This document shows positions 47,989-58,000 of a stretch of DNA of 64,000 bases, piece by piece (within the stretch, counting starts at the first letter, position 1; the number at the start of each line of letters is the position of its first letter). The stretch spans positions 78,039 to 142,038 of the IMG/VR virus record IMGVR_UViG_3300005683_000016. One strand, given 5' to 3'. The notes under the pieces were generated by a model. It was given only the letters and a program-made list of their open reading frames with translations, did no database searches and was not told the origin of the DNA. A program made the translations under genes and the position numbers. Source of the DNA: a virus.

Positions 47989-48427
47989 AAATAAAGTTGC
48001 ATTTATCAACTCTTTAGACCTTACTCATATTCCTTCTAAAAATGTGGCCATTATAAAGAAACTTCCTTGTAAAAAACATCAAGGATGTTCAAGAATAGTA
48101 ATCTATCTAAATGATAAGTGGGTATTGAAAGTTGCTAAAAATGATTCAGGATTATACGACAATTATTCAGAGTGGCTGACTTACAACCTATGTAACAAGT
48201 ATGAAAGAAGATTTCTGTGTAAAGTATTAAAACTTGGGTCAGGTTATACGTGGATTATACAAGAAAGGGTTTTACATAAAAAAAGAAGAGAGATGAATCA
48301 ATCACATAGAATCGCCAAAGATATAAAAAACAACGTTCAAAGTCTTCGTCATCGTAGTACCTTAGAATTGTCACAATTAGGTAAAACAAAAAACAGTAAA
48401 TATTATAAAATTTACGACTATGCTTAA
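47963..48427 (+). CDS. Minimal protein kinase-like protein (paralog of 16025-16489)
   Basis: QGCSRIV, VLKVA, N..E, WIIQE and IYDYA motifs. Confidence 0.65.
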   Translation: MKIQALNIRNKVAFINSLDLTHIPSKNVAIIKKLPCKKHQGCSRIVIYLNDKWVLKVAKNDSGLYDNYSEWLTYNLCNKYERRFLCKVLKLGSGYTWIIQERVLHKKRREMNQSHRIAKDIKNNVQSLRHRSTLELSQLGKTKNSKYYKIYDYA

Positions 48428-48570
48428 TAAAGAGGAACTTATAAACGTTTTTGATGATTTTATAAATGAAAATGGTTTATGGGATGTATTTATAGAGTAC
48501 TTGAATAAGTTAGGTTATTCTGAAGAAGAAATTTATGAAATTGAAGATTTTTTAAATAAACTTTAAAACT

Positions 48571-49176
48571 ATGTTCAACGAAGTAAAATCAGCATTTGAA
48601 TCTATCGTATCTCATCAAGGATACGCTACTACTTCTCAAATCTATAAGAAACTTACTCAAGATGGAGTCAAAACAACTCCTTTTGAAGTAAGCCAAGTTC
48701 TTAAAGAGAATAAAGTTTACTATATTCCCGGATCAAATCCTCGTAAATGGAGCAAGATTCTAACCTCTAAAAGTCAAATTAAAGCAGAGTTGGTAAACTT
48801 TGTGACCATGTGGGATCATAGTAAACCCATCACTACTAAAGTTGTACGAAAGTATCTTGAGGCTCTCAATGTGATTTATACTAAGAAAGAATTTGAATAT
48901 ACCTTTGGAGATTTCTTTGAATTTACTGGAATTTACAATCGGGAAAATCACAAACAATATCGTTATCGTAAACCAGAAACTCATTTCAGTGAGTCAAAGG
49001 GAGAAGTTATGGATATTAATGAGATGCACCCTGATCACATCTACAAGACAATTCAAAAGAAATATCCTCATGTCCTTGTTAAGGACGCTTTCACCAGATC
49101 GTCAGAAATCTTTCAACTCCTAAAAGCCTATTTTATTTACGACATTAAGATGACGATTAAAAACTGGTTAAAATAA
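48571..49176 (+). CDS. Hypothetical protein, possible winged-helix repeats
   Basis: ORF in operon. Confidence 0.55.
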   Translation: MFNEVKSAFESIVSHQGYATTSQIYKKLTQDGVKTTPFEVSQVLKENKVYYIPGSNPRKWSKILTSKSQIKAELVNFVTMWDHSKPITTKVVRKYLEALNVIYTKKEFEYTFGDFFEFTGIYNRENHKQYRYRKPETHFSESKGEVMDINEMHPDHIYKTIQKKYPHVLVKDAFTRSSEIFQLLKAYFIYDIKMTIKNWLK

Positions 49177-50031
49177 ATGATAAAAGAGGTTTATAAGAAA
49201 CCACAAATAAGAAAGTCTGGAAGAAGTTCTGATTACATTTCTCCTTCTTTTATTTACGGATGTTTATACAAATGTGCATATTGTTATTGTCAACGTTATA
49301 CTGATGATATTTCTATTGGAACTAATGCAGATCAACTACTTACTTGTATTGATAAGCATGTTGCTTCCTTAGGAGAAAGGAAACCTAATCAAACTCACGA
49401 TAAGTATTGGACTTATGATATAGGTTGTAACACAGATATTCCTTTAATGTGGAAATATTATGATTGGTTGAAAGTGTTTGATTTTTTTAAAAATCATCCA
49501 AGAGCATTTGGTACATTTGCTACTAAACGTGTCAATCCACAACTCTTAGAGTATAATCCAGATAGGAAACTCAGGATTAGGTTTAGTTTGATGCCACAAC
49601 AGTTATCTTATTTGTTGGAACCTAATACATCCTTAATTCAAGATAGAATTAATGCTATTGAAGATTTCTATAAGGCTGGATACGACGTTCATGTAAACTT
49701 TTCCCCTGTCATTATTAACTCTGAAAGTAAAGAACTTTACAGAGAATTATTCCATCAACTTAATTCTATTCCAGACTATCTTAAAGAGCATGTAAAAGCA
49801 GAAGTAATTATGCTTACACATAATGAAGGAAAGCACTTAAAGAATTTAGAAGCAGGAAGAATAGAGGAGGAAGAGTTACTTTGGGTTCCAGAAAGACAAG
49901 AATCTAAAATTAGTTCTTATGGTAATGAAAATCTTCGATATAAACGAGAGTTGAAATACCAATATGTGCAATCATTTAGACAACTTCACTCTGAAATAAT
50001 TCCTTGGAATACTATTAGATATATATTCTAA
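49177..50031 (+). CDS. Spore photoproduct lyase-like radical SAM protein
   Basis: GCLYKCAYCY, FATK, RIRFSL, NFSPVI and LRY motifs. Confidence 0.85.
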   Translation: MIKEVYKKPQIRKSGRSSDYISPSFIYGCLYKCAYCYCQRYTDDISIGTNADQLLTCIDKHVASLGERKPNQTHDKYWTYDIGCNTDIPLMWKYYDWLKVFDFFKNHPRAFGTFATKRVNPQLLEYNPDRKLRIRFSLMPQQLSYLLEPNTSLIQDRINAIEDFYKAGYDVHVNFSPVIINSESKELYRELFHQLNSIPDYLKEHVKAEVIMLTHNEGKHLKNLEAGRIEEEELLWVPERQESKISSYGNENLRYKRELKYQYVQSFRQLHSEIIPWNTIRYIF

Positions 50032-50046
50032 TTTAAACATAACGCT

Positions 50047-50571
50047 ATGATTAATATTGCATATCAAACTGCTACAGGACAGTATGACTCCGATGGAAGA
50101 CAAATTACACATTGGGATGAAAAGCGATGTTCTTGGATAGTTAATAAACCTTTTATTAAAGATTATAAAAATAATCAGATTAATTGGTGGGGAAAAGACA
50201 ATGATTTTCCAGTAGGTACTACTAAACAAGAATACGACAAACATAACCCCGGATGCTCTAATTATCCTGATATATCTTTATACTGTGTATTTGATCAAGA
50301 AGGTTTCAAAAAAGGATTTCCCAGAGAAGATTACAATAAATATCCAAACGGATATTCTTATTCTAAAAGTTGGGGGCATTTGAATTATTTTTTTGAAGAT
50401 GCGTTGAGATTAAAAAATTATCTTCCTTGTAATAAATACGCAGATAAAATTGTAATTACATGGAAAAGAAACTCAGGTAAAAACAAAAAACTATGTAGAA
50501 TTTGTACTTTTACAAAAGTCAATGAAGAATTTGTTCAAAGTTTTGAAACTAAAACCTTAACTACAAAATGA
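50047..50571 (+). CDS. Hypothetical protein
   Basis: ORF in operon. Confidence 0.55.
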   Translation: MINIAYQTATGQYDSDGRQITHWDEKRCSWIVNKPFIKDYKNNQINWWGKDNDFPVGTTKQEYDKHNPGCSNYPDISLYCVFDQEGFKKGFPREDYNKYPNGYSYSKSWGHLNYFFEDALRLKNYLPCNKYADKIVITWKRNSGKNKKLCRICTFTKVNEEFVQSFETKTLTTK

Positions 50572-50584
50572 TAACACCAACATT

Positions 50585-50839
50585 ATGTATATAACTTTTT
50601 TACATGGGGGTTCTCCTAAATTTTGGGAAACATTAGTTGATTTTGCTACAATTGAATTAGGAATGAAAATCTCTAACGAAGGAGTAGTAACGTTTGGTTC
50701 TGAAAAAGTTTCTCACAGTTATAAAATGGATCTTTGGTCTGAATTTGGTGTTAAACACGATGTAGTTCAAACAGCATGGTTTCATCAATATTGTAAAAGT
50801 AAAGATTATACTATTTATAAAGCAGAACGAATAATATGA
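50585..50839 (+). CDS. Hypothetical protein
   Basis: ORF in operon. Confidence 0.5.
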   Translation: MYITFLHGGSPKFWETLVDFATIELGMKISNEGVVTFGSEKVSHSYKMDLWSEFGVKHDVVQTAWFHQYCKSKDYTIYKAERII

Positions 50840-51042
50840 AAATAACAATAGTTGAATTAACTCAGTGGTTACTAAGTTTAAATCAAGAACAAAAAGAAGT
50901 TGCAATAGAACTGATTAAAGAGATGGGTAGTTATCCTTCTGATCTACATTTAACAGATTCTGATGTTATGGATATTCTTACTCCTTATTTAGAAGATGAA
51001 AACGAGGAAGATTTTCCAGACTTTCACGCAAGTTATCCTTAA
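50836..51042 (+). CDS. Acidic hypothetical protein
   Basis: ORF in operon. Confidence 0.5.
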   Translation: MKITIVELTQWLLSLNQEQKEVAIELIKEMGSYPSDLHLTDSDVMDILTPYLEDENEEDFPDFHASYP

Positions 51043-51044
51043 AT

Positions 51045-51356
51045 ATGATTCCAGAACACAAGTATATTGAATGCAAATGGCTTACTTTTCAAGGATTTAA
51101 TTCATCAGAGTGGGAACAGTTTAAAAAGGACTTTCTTCCTTTTAAATCTTTGTTTACCTTGGATGGAATAGATGAAGAAGAGTATGCCATTTGCTTCAAA
51201 TTTAATAAGTTTGTACCTCGTACAGAGAAAGAAATTCCTTTGTGTAAAAAGAACAATCTTTATCTAAAAAGAGAGTTTTTAAAGGCTCTTGAGATAGATA
51301 TGCCAAAGGAACTTTATTTCAACGTAGGTAAAGGTATTGTAAAAAAATTAAGATGA
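51045..51356 (+). CDS. Hypothetical protein
   Basis: ORF in operon. Confidence 0.5.
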   Translation: MIPEHKYIECKWLTFQGFNSSEWEQFKKDFLPFKSLFTLDGIDEEEYAICFKFNKFVPRTEKEIPLCKKNNLYLKREFLKALEIDMPKELYFNVGKGIVKKLR

Positions 51357-51362
51357 ATTATA

Positions 51363-51800
51363 ATGAATTACAAACAACTTAGAGTCCTTCATATAGAAGG
51401 AGATATAGTCACAGCAAAATTGGTAGACACAGATATACCTGCTTATTCTAAAAGAATTGAAGTAGCCCACGATTATGTAAGATTTTCCGGTGATTGTCCT
51501 CTTGTAACGGATCACGGAACAACTGTTAGTATTCCTATTTTAGGAAGTTGGAGTGCTAATATTTATGACTTTTATAAATTTATTCTTCCACTTTTAACTA
51601 ACCATGAATATTTACAAAAAGTACATGCTAACTGCTTAAACGATAGGGGTAAAATAAACTACGCATATCAAGACTGTATTATACATTTTTTTGACAGAGA
51701 AACAAAGACTAATAAAGTAGCAATGAGAGCAGCAAATGAAGCAGAGTTTACAATAGTATCGTATGATTTTTACAAGCAGTTTATACTAAAACAAAGTTAG
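51363..51800 (+). CDS. Hypothetical protein
   Basis: ORF in operon. Confidence 0.5.
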   Translation: MNYKQLRVLHIEGDIVTAKLVDTDIPAYSKRIEVAHDYVRFSGDCPLVTDHGTTVSIPILGSWSANIYDFYKFILPLLTNHEYLQKVHANCLNDRGKINYAYQDCIIHFFDRETKTNKVAMRAANEAEFTIVSYDFYKQFILKQS

Positions 51801-51801
51801 A

Positions 51802-52074
51802 ATGACAAAAGAACAAATAGATGAATTGTTAACAGGACTTGGTATTGAGTTTTATCCAGATGGAATGTGTAAAAGAACACACTTCACTCGTTTGGATTTT
51901 GAAGACTTGATTGAACAAGTTTGGAATCAAGCAATTCAAACAGCAGCAGATAGTGCTGATGCAGACTTTATGTGTCTTGTAGGGGAAGATGAAGAAAAGA
52001 TAAAAGGAATGTTCGCTAAAGGAAACATCGAAGTATATGTTCTTAAAGAGTCAATTTTAAAACTAAAAATGTAA
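51802..52074 (+). CDS. Hypothetical protein (probable paralog of next gene)
   Basis: Shares G..F..D and VWN.A...A with 52077-52295. Confidence 0.55.
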   Translation: MTKEQIDELLTGLGIEFYPDGMCKRTHFTRLDFEDLIEQVWNQAIQTAADSADADFMCLVGEDEEKIKGMFAKGNIEVYVLKESILKLKM

Positions 52075-52076
52075 CA

Positions 52077-52295
52077 ATGACAAACGAAGAATTATTTCAT
52101 CCAATACTAATAGACTTTGGTTATATCTTTGAAGATAAACCAAACATTACTCCTTCTTATTTTCTAAATGAACAAGATATGCTTGAATTGTGTAGAGAAG
52201 TTTGGAACAGAGCAGTGCTTAAATGTGCTGCTACTGGATACAATTTTGGAAGAGGAGTAGAAACAGAACAAGCAATTTTAAAACATAAAGCATGA
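52077..52295 (+). CDS. Hypothetical protein (probable paralog of previous gene)
   Basis: EVWNRAVLKCA versus QVWNQAIQTAA. Confidence 0.55.
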   Translation: MTNEELFHPILIDFGYIFEDKPNITPSYFLNEQDMLELCREVWNRAVLKCAATGYNFGRGVETEQAILKHKA

Positions 52296-52428
52296 ACCAG
52301 TTTCTAATTAGAAGTGTAAAATTTAACAAACTAATTAACTTGTGGGAAACTGTTCTGGATAACGGAGCAGTTTTCTACAATCGTTATCAACCAGTGTATC
52401 AAAAAGGAGACGTAATTAAAAAATTAAA

Positions 52429-53307
52429 ATGAACTTACAATTTGATGGTGAATTACGGTTTAATGATTATTACTCAACTATTTTCGAAGAAGAACGATTA
52501 GGTGTGTTTTTATATGATAAAAATATACTATATGGTTGGAACAAGTCTTACGGTATTCAAACCTATAAATTTAGGGTAGAAGTTTTTCCACAAGATTTAA
52601 ATACTGTTTTACCTGAATACCTTGAATTCATTTGTAACTGTGATCTTAAAGATTATGTTATTAAACAAGACGATATTCTTAAAGGTGAACTTTGGACTAT
52701 TGAAAGATTAGATTGGATGAAACTACTTCAAACTTTTCGCCCAGAGTTATTATCAAGAACACTTGAAAGATTAAATAGAAAACTTAATCCTAATACTAAC
52801 CCCAATATTGATAAAAATTATCTTCAGGTAGATAACGAATCTAACTTTGGTGGTAACTACGAGATAGAAAGTAAGCAAGCATGTACTATATCTTTTGGTC
52901 GTAATGATTCAGTTTCTATTTTTTACGAATTGAATATTCCAACTGATTGGCAGAGTTATAATCTACCACATCATTTACAAAAAGACATTGAGCAAGGTAA
53001 AGAAAAACCTTATTATAACATTGTTTGTAAATGGAGTAGAACACAAAAGCAGGAGTTTTTTAAAAGTTTATCTTTAGAAAATAAAAACTATATTTCTGTT
53101 TCTGTATTAGAACGTACTCTTCAACACTTTAAAGACAAACATTACTATCCTTATGAGGTTTATATTGCTGGAAATGATGATGAAAGTTGGACTAAATACT
53201 TTGCAACAGAAGAAGAGATGATTCAAGAAGTTAATTACTTAAGAATGATGGAACCTATCAATAAAAATTTAGATATTTGCTCACGAGATTACGTTTTTAC
53301 AAATTAA
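52429..53307 (+). CDS. Hypothetical protein
   Basis: 292 aa ORF with no recognised motif. Confidence 0.6.
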   Translation: MNLQFDGELRFNDYYSTIFEEERLGVFLYDKNILYGWNKSYGIQTYKFRVEVFPQDLNTVLPEYLEFICNCDLKDYVIKQDDILKGELWTIERLDWMKLLQTFRPELLSRTLERLNRKLNPNTNPNIDKNYLQVDNESNFGGNYEIESKQACTISFGRNDSVSIFYELNIPTDWQSYNLPHHLQKDIEQGKEKPYYNIVCKWSRTQKQEFFKSLSLENKNYISVSVLERTLQHFKDKHYYPYEVYIAGNDDESWTKYFATEEEMIQEVNYLRMMEPINKNLDICSRDYVFTN

Positions 53308-53312
53308 AATAA

Positions 53313-53585
53313 ATGACACCACAAGATATTTTAGGGGAAGTCGTAAAAGAATACTACGACTATAAACAATCAAGTCCTTTTATAAAGGAAGATGAAACCT
53401 TAACCAAGGACATATTTGAACGTCTTGAATATGAAGCATTTCTTTCAGGATGGACAAAGGGTAGAAACTTGATGTGGAAAGACCACCTTAAAGAGTCTGT
53501 AACGTATGTAAGAGAAAAACAAGCACTTTTAAATAAACAAAAACAATCCCTATGGTCGAAACTAAAATCTTGGCTGACTCAGTAA
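53313..53585 (+). CDS. Hypothetical protein
   Basis: ORF in operon. Confidence 0.5.
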   Translation: MTPQDILGEVVKEYYDYKQSSPFIKEDETLTKDIFERLEYEAFLSGWTKGRNLMWKDHLKESVTYVREKQALLNKQKQSLWSKLKSWLTQ

Positions 53586-54583
53586 ATCCTTTTGGAGGTC
53601 GAGTTACCACTTTTAAAATTAAGTTTCCTCGTATTATTGAAGCAGAAATTCTAAGGCACCGTATGCTCAGTTTCAGTGCTGCGAGTTCCCGTGCGGTTAA
53701 TTTAGAAAAACATATTGAAAAAGTAGGAAAAGACCCCTTTGTTCCTACTCAATTCACTAAAGATTGTAAAGGAATGAGTGCTAAAGAATATCTTTCTGAC
53801 ATTCATAATCCTTCTGCTGAAGATGCTTGGAGATGTGCTTTGGAAAATACTCTTGATGTTGTAAAAAGACTCAATCGTTTGGGTGTACATAAACAACACG
53901 CAAGTAGATTACTTCAACCCTTTGAGTATCAGGAGATGATTGTTACAGGAACTGATTGGGAAAACTTTTTCTCTCTTCGGTGTCCTCAGTATTATATCTT
54001 AGGTCTTGAAGAAGATACTTATCGTAGTCAACAGGATGTCCAAAGGATAATCAAAAAGTACGACACAAAAGGTTTTAATCCTCTTAAACATAATAAATCT
54101 ACAGCACAACCTGAAATTCAAGAACTTGCTGAGATGATGTGGGATGAATATCAAAATAGTGTTCCTGAAATGCTTTTACCGGGAAATTGGCATATTCCCT
54201 TGTGTCCAGACTTTGATGAACTTCACGATTTCCTAATTGGAGAAAACGGAAATGTAAATCAAGACATATACGATAAGACTTGTATTATGGTTGCGTGTGC
54301 TCGAATAGCAAGAATCAGTTATTTATCAAAAGTAAATGACTTTAAAAAAGATATTGATTTGTATAACAAACTGATTCAAATGGGTCATTACAGTCCTACG
54401 GAACATGTGTGCAGGTCAATGACTGAAGAAGAGTATTATAGTTTTCAAAGAGGAAAGTTAGAACAATATACTGACGATTTTTTAATTACCTTTCAATGTA
54501 ATTCAAGAACAATAGGCTACTGTAATAATTTCAGAGGATTTATTCAACAACGTTATTTAGTAGAAACTAAAAATGAACAGTAA
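53552..54583 (+). CDS. thyX: FAD-dependent thymidylate synthase
   Basis: RHRMLSFSAASSR (RHRx7S), HKQ...RLL.P, AQPEI, ARISY and H.SP.EH motifs. Confidence 0.9.
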   Translation: MVETKILADSVNPFGGRVTTFKIKFPRIIEAEILRHRMLSFSAASSRAVNLEKHIEKVGKDPFVPTQFTKDCKGMSAKEYLSDIHNPSAEDAWRCALENTLDVVKRLNRLGVHKQHASRLLQPFEYQEMIVTGTDWENFFSLRCPQYYILGLEEDTYRSQQDVQRIIKKYDTKGFNPLKHNKSTAQPEIQELAEMMWDEYQNSVPEMLLPGNWHIPLCPDFDELHDFLIGENGNVNQDIYDKTCIMVACARIARISYLSKVNDFKKDIDLYNKLIQMGHYSPTEHVCRSMTEEEYYSFQRGKLEQYTDDFLITFQCNSRTIGYCNNFRGFIQQRYLVETKNEQ

Positions 54584-54869
54584 AGAATTAATTGGAGATT
54601 GTAGAAAAAGATTTGATGAACTTCAAGAGGAAGAAGACTCCTTAAAAAAAGAAATTAAAAATTTAATCATTTATTGGATAGATACATACTCAAAAGAAAA
54701 AGATTTTAGAAGTGAAAATATTGATTTGTTTAATCGTAGATTAACAGAAGACATAGAATATTTACTTCAAACTACAAGATCTCTTCATTGGAAATCTTTC
54801 TACAACGGATGGTTGGAAGGAAGAGTTGATTTGACCAAAGATAATAATTTAAGTAAGGATGAAACCTAA
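54573..54869 (+). CDS. Hypothetical protein
   Basis: ORF in operon. Confidence 0.5.
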   Translation: MNSKELIGDCRKRFDELQEEEDSLKKEIKNLIIYWIDTYSKEKDFRSENIDLFNRRLTEDIEYLLQTTRSLHWKSFYNGWLEGRVDLTKDNNLSKDET

Positions 54870-55425
54870 GAGCGATATTTTACAAAAATTCCAAAAGAAA
54901 TACAGTCATCATATTAATCAAGGTTTGTCTTATCATCAAACCAGTAAATTAAAAGATTCTATAGATTTTGACTTTGATGTATTTTTACCAACTAAGGGAG
55001 TCAATCTACAAAGAGACTTGTGTTGGAATTCTATTCAAAAAGAATCTTTGATTTACACAATACTTAGAGACATGAGTATTAACTCTATTGTAGTGTGTCA
55101 ATTTAAGGAGAGGGGTTTTGGAACCGATGATAAATACTTATTTAAAGTGATAGACGGTAAACAAAGGTTAACTACTGTTTTTGATTACTTGGATAATAAG
55201 TTTTCAATAAACATTGACGACAAACCTTATTTTTTTGAAGACTTGCCAGAAGATTGTCAAAAACAAATATCGTGGTATTCTTTTAGGTTTGACGTACACT
55301 ATAGTTATAGTGACAATCCTATATCAGATGACACCTTAATTAGTATTTTCGAAGACTGTAATTTCTTGGGAACTCCTCAAGATAAAAACCACTTAGAGTG
55401 GTTAAAAACAAGAACAAATATTTAA
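54859..55425 (+). CDS. DUF262 (ParB/Srx-like, GmrS N-terminal-type) domain protein
   Basis: QRDLCW, VIDGKQRLTT and F...N..GTP motifs. Confidence 0.85.
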   Translation: MKPKSDILQKFQKKYSHHINQGLSYHQTSKLKDSIDFDFDVFLPTKGVNLQRDLCWNSIQKESLIYTILRDMSINSIVVCQFKERGFGTDDKYLFKVIDGKQRLTTVFDYLDNKFSINIDDKPYFFEDLPEDCQKQISWYSFRFDVHYSYSDNPISDDTLISIFEDCNFLGTPQDKNHLEWLKTRTNI

Positions 55426-55436
55426 ATAAATAACGT

Positions 55437-55745
55437 ATGACATCAGAACAAATAAACAAAGAGATTACCTTTGACATGATTTCTCAGTCTGTATCTTATC
55501 CTGATGCAGAATCTACACTACCTAAAGAATGGGAATATGTTGATTCAATAGAAAAAGGTTACGATCTTGTAAAAGGTCTTGCTTACGAAGACTTGATTCT
55601 TAGACACATTCCTACAAATACTTATTGGAAGACAGAACTTGTTTACGAAGGAGGAGAAGGATATATAAATAAAGAAAGGAAATGGAAACAAGTTATTCCA
55701 ACAGAAACTACTTCTACTGTTACTACTTATGAAGAATATAATTAA
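55437..55745 (+). CDS. Hypothetical protein
   Basis: ORF in operon. Confidence 0.55.
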   Translation: MTSEQINKEITFDMISQSVSYPDAESTLPKEWEYVDSIEKGYDLVKGLAYEDLILRHIPTNTYWKTELVYEGGEGYINKERKWKQVIPTETTSTVTTYEEYN

Positions 55746-56061
55746 AAAAATTGAACAGGTATCTGTTGAAGAACTGGAGCACGAGAGGGACTATAATAAC
55801 ATAAGTCTTTCAGAGGCACTTCTTATTAAGAAGGATACAAGTAAAGTTTATATGACTTTAGAAGAGTTTGCAAAGACTTATGAAGGAGATACTCTAAGCA
55901 TTCTTTATAAGGATGGTGTTCAAAGAGGGTTTGTAAGACTAACTTCTACTGATAAACATAGTTTGTTTCCTCTCTCAACAGATCAAAACATTATTCTTGA
56001 AATTGAAAATCCTCCTGAAACAGGATTGGTTTGTTTTGAACTTAAAAATTACAGAAAATGA
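55729..56061 (+). CDS. Hypothetical protein
   Basis: ORF in operon. Confidence 0.5.
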   Translation: MKNIIKKIEQVSVEELEHERDYNNISLSEALLIKKDTSKVYMTLEEFAKTYEGDTLSILYKDGVQRGFVRLTSTDKHSLFPLSTDQNIILEIENPPETGLVCFELKNYRK

Positions 56062-56447
56062 TTATAATGTCTTGGTATTGGATAATATATTTTTTAAACA
56101 TCATTCCTAAAATAGGAAGTGTTTTATTTGCAGTAGGTGTAGCATTTTTAGTATTGTCTTTTCTTTTATTTATTTGGTATGCTCAACCTAAAGAATATGA
56201 TGAAGAACCAGATCCACCTGCTTTTACAAAAACGTATAAGAAGAAGTTTTACATAGGAATCTTTTGTTTGTTACTTGCCATATTTACTCCAACTAAATCC
56301 GATATAATCAATATTGCTGGTGCTGGAACAGTACTTGAATATGTTGAAAAAGACTCTTCCTTACAGCAAATTCCTTACGAACTTAGTTCTTATCTAAAAG
56401 AGCAGATTCAAGATTTGCGAAAAGAGATAAATGAAACCGAGAAGTGA
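56058..56447 (+). CDS. Membrane protein
   Basis: Hydrophobic segments followed by P.K motif. Confidence 0.6.
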   Translation: MIIMSWYWIIYFLNIIPKIGSVLFAVGVAFLVLSFLLFIWYAQPKEYDEEPDPPAFTKTYKKKFYIGIFCLLLAIFTPTKSDIINIAGAGTVLEYVEKDSSLQQIPYELSSYLKEQIQDLRKEINETEK

Positions 56448-56868
56448 CTTTCTTATACTGTTTCTTTTACATCTAATCAGTATAGTTAGTATTGTCTCCT
56501 ATTATGAGAACAAAAAGAAGATCATAGTTGGAGATATTATTGAGGTAAATAAAGTAATTAAAAATCTCAATAGAGGAGGTTGTGGAGTATTTGCTTGGAA
56601 TCTCTATCAAAGACTGGACACCAATAGATATAGTTTAAAAATTATTGAAAGAGGATTACATGTTATGATATTTGATTCTCGAAACGAGTATTTTATAGAC
56701 TCTGGTGGTATAAGGGATACCCTTTGGGTACATCTAAATTACGGTAAAAGAATCGAAGATATTAGTCAAGACTCGCTTTTAAGTATGATTAACAACCCAA
56801 GTATTTGGAACAAAGATTATGATCGAGCACAAGACTCAATACTAATTGAATACGTTAATAAACTTTAA
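56431..56868 (+). CDS. Membrane-anchored protein with Cys-His-Asp (papain/transglutaminase-like) pattern
   Basis: TM segment, then N.GGCG.FA, HVM and FIDS.G. Confidence 0.45.
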   Translation: MKPRSDFLILFLLHLISIVSIVSYYENKKKIIVGDIIEVNKVIKNLNRGGCGVFAWNLYQRLDTNRYSLKIIERGLHVMIFDSRNEYFIDSGGIRDTLWVHLNYGKRIEDISQDSLLSMINNPSIWNKDYDRAQDSILIEYVNKL

Positions 56869-56883
56869 TTAATATAAATTTAA

Positions 56884-56924
56884 AAGGGGTTCTCACCAAG
56901 TCGGTGGAACCCCTTCCTTATTTT
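56884..56924. terminator. Terminator at the convergence of the two genome arms
   Basis: AAGGGGTTC-TCACC...GGTG-GAACCCCTT between convergent genes. Confidence 0.75.
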
Positions 56925-56940
56925 AAATTTTCTTAATAGA

Positions 56941-57117
56941 TTAACAGTTTTTGATCTTGTTTGATTTAACTAACCCACCCTTGGATTTTACTTTACCATA
57001 ATCTTTGTGATCCATATTGACAGAACCATTACCTGCGTAACCCATCATGTTGCTAATGGTAGTGTCTTCACTATTCTTGGATTTGGGTTTTTGTTTATAC
57101 TTTTTATACAGTCCCAT
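56941..57117 (-). CDS. Small basic protein (58 aa, not in ORF track)
   Basis: MGLYKKYKQKPKSKNSEDTT...KSNKIKNC; overlaps the end of the upstream gene. Confidence 0.5.
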   Translation of the reverse strand: MGLYKKYKQKPKSKNSEDTTISNMMGYAGNGSVNMDHKDYGKVKSKGGLVKSNKIKNC

Positions 57118-57385
57118 TTTTAAGAGCAGTTGTACGAGGGCCTATGATAGCCATCAATGCGCCAAGTAAACCTATTACAACATTATCTGTAGCCAAATCT
57201 GCTGTCAGATTTACCAAGAACTGAACGTTGGGGAGGTTGATAACATCAGTAGCAAACAAGGTCAAGAGTGTACCCAAAGTAGATTGCACAAGGATAAACA
57301 CTACAGGATTTGCTATCTTAAGTTTATCGAGTTGAGTGGCTAAAAAGGTAGCAACCCAATTATAGAAACCTTCAAATTGTGCCAT
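57104..57385 (-). CDS. Holin-like membrane protein
   Basis: Two TM segments at the end of the late arm. Confidence 0.45.
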   Translation of the reverse strand: MAQFEGFYNWVATFLATQLDKLKIANPVVFILVQSTLGTLLTLFATDVINLPNVQFLVNLTADLATDNVVIGLLGALMAIIGPRTTALKNGTV

Positions 57386-57406
57386 TTTTTTAATTTAAAT
57401 TTAAAA

Positions 57407-57628
57407 TTATTTTTTAATAAGTTCAAGAATCATTTTTCTAATTTCTTCTACTTCTTTTTCTAACTGAACTACTCTTTGATTAAAAGTAGCACCGTCAATT
57501 AAAGACTGCTTTACTTCTTTTTCAAGATTGTCGAATCTTTCATAAAGAGATCGAAGAAAAAAAGCGATTACTGCTAAAAGCAGGGGAGTTACAATAAGGC
57601 TGATCTGCACAAGTGGAGTATTATTCAT
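57407..57628 (-). CDS. TM plus coiled-coil protein (holin/haemolysin-like)
   Basis: N-terminal TM, heptad-rich C-terminus. Confidence 0.5.
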   Translation of the reverse strand: MNNTPLVQISLIVTPLLLAVIAFFLRSLYERFDNLEKEVKQSLIDGATFNQRVVQLEKEVEEIRKMILELIKK

Positions 57629-57656
57629 GGTTAGTGACTACTTGTGGGGAGTTGGA

Positions 57657-57980
57657 TTAAGAGTTATCACCGAGATCAAATGCTGTACTTGCTGAGTCTT
57701 TTACCCATACATACCAATCTTCTGCTGTAGCAGATTCTTTAGCAACAAACATACCTCCAATAGGTATGTTTTTCATCTCAGATTCAGTAGGAGCAGTAGC
57801 ATCTGCAACAATCAAGTGGGGAATCATTGGATAAAAATTACAACAATTTACTGTTCCAATAATACCTCGATTCTCAAGAGTGTCTGTAACTGCTTTTGCT
57901 AAATCAAGACCTGGTTGTTTTTCTTTCTTTTTGTGACTGTAAGTACCTAAGTTAAGTACCCATTCTGGTTTGTTTGCCAT
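57657..57980 (-). CDS. Hypothetical late-arm protein
   Basis: ORF on structural strand. Confidence 0.55.
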   Translation of the reverse strand: MANKPEWVLNLGTYSHKKKEKQPGLDLAKAVTDTLENRGIIGTVNCCNFYPMIPHLIVADATAPTESEMKNIPIGGMFVAKESATAEDWYVWVKDSASTAFDLGDNS

Positions 57981-58000
57981 AATTGCTTATAAATATTTAG

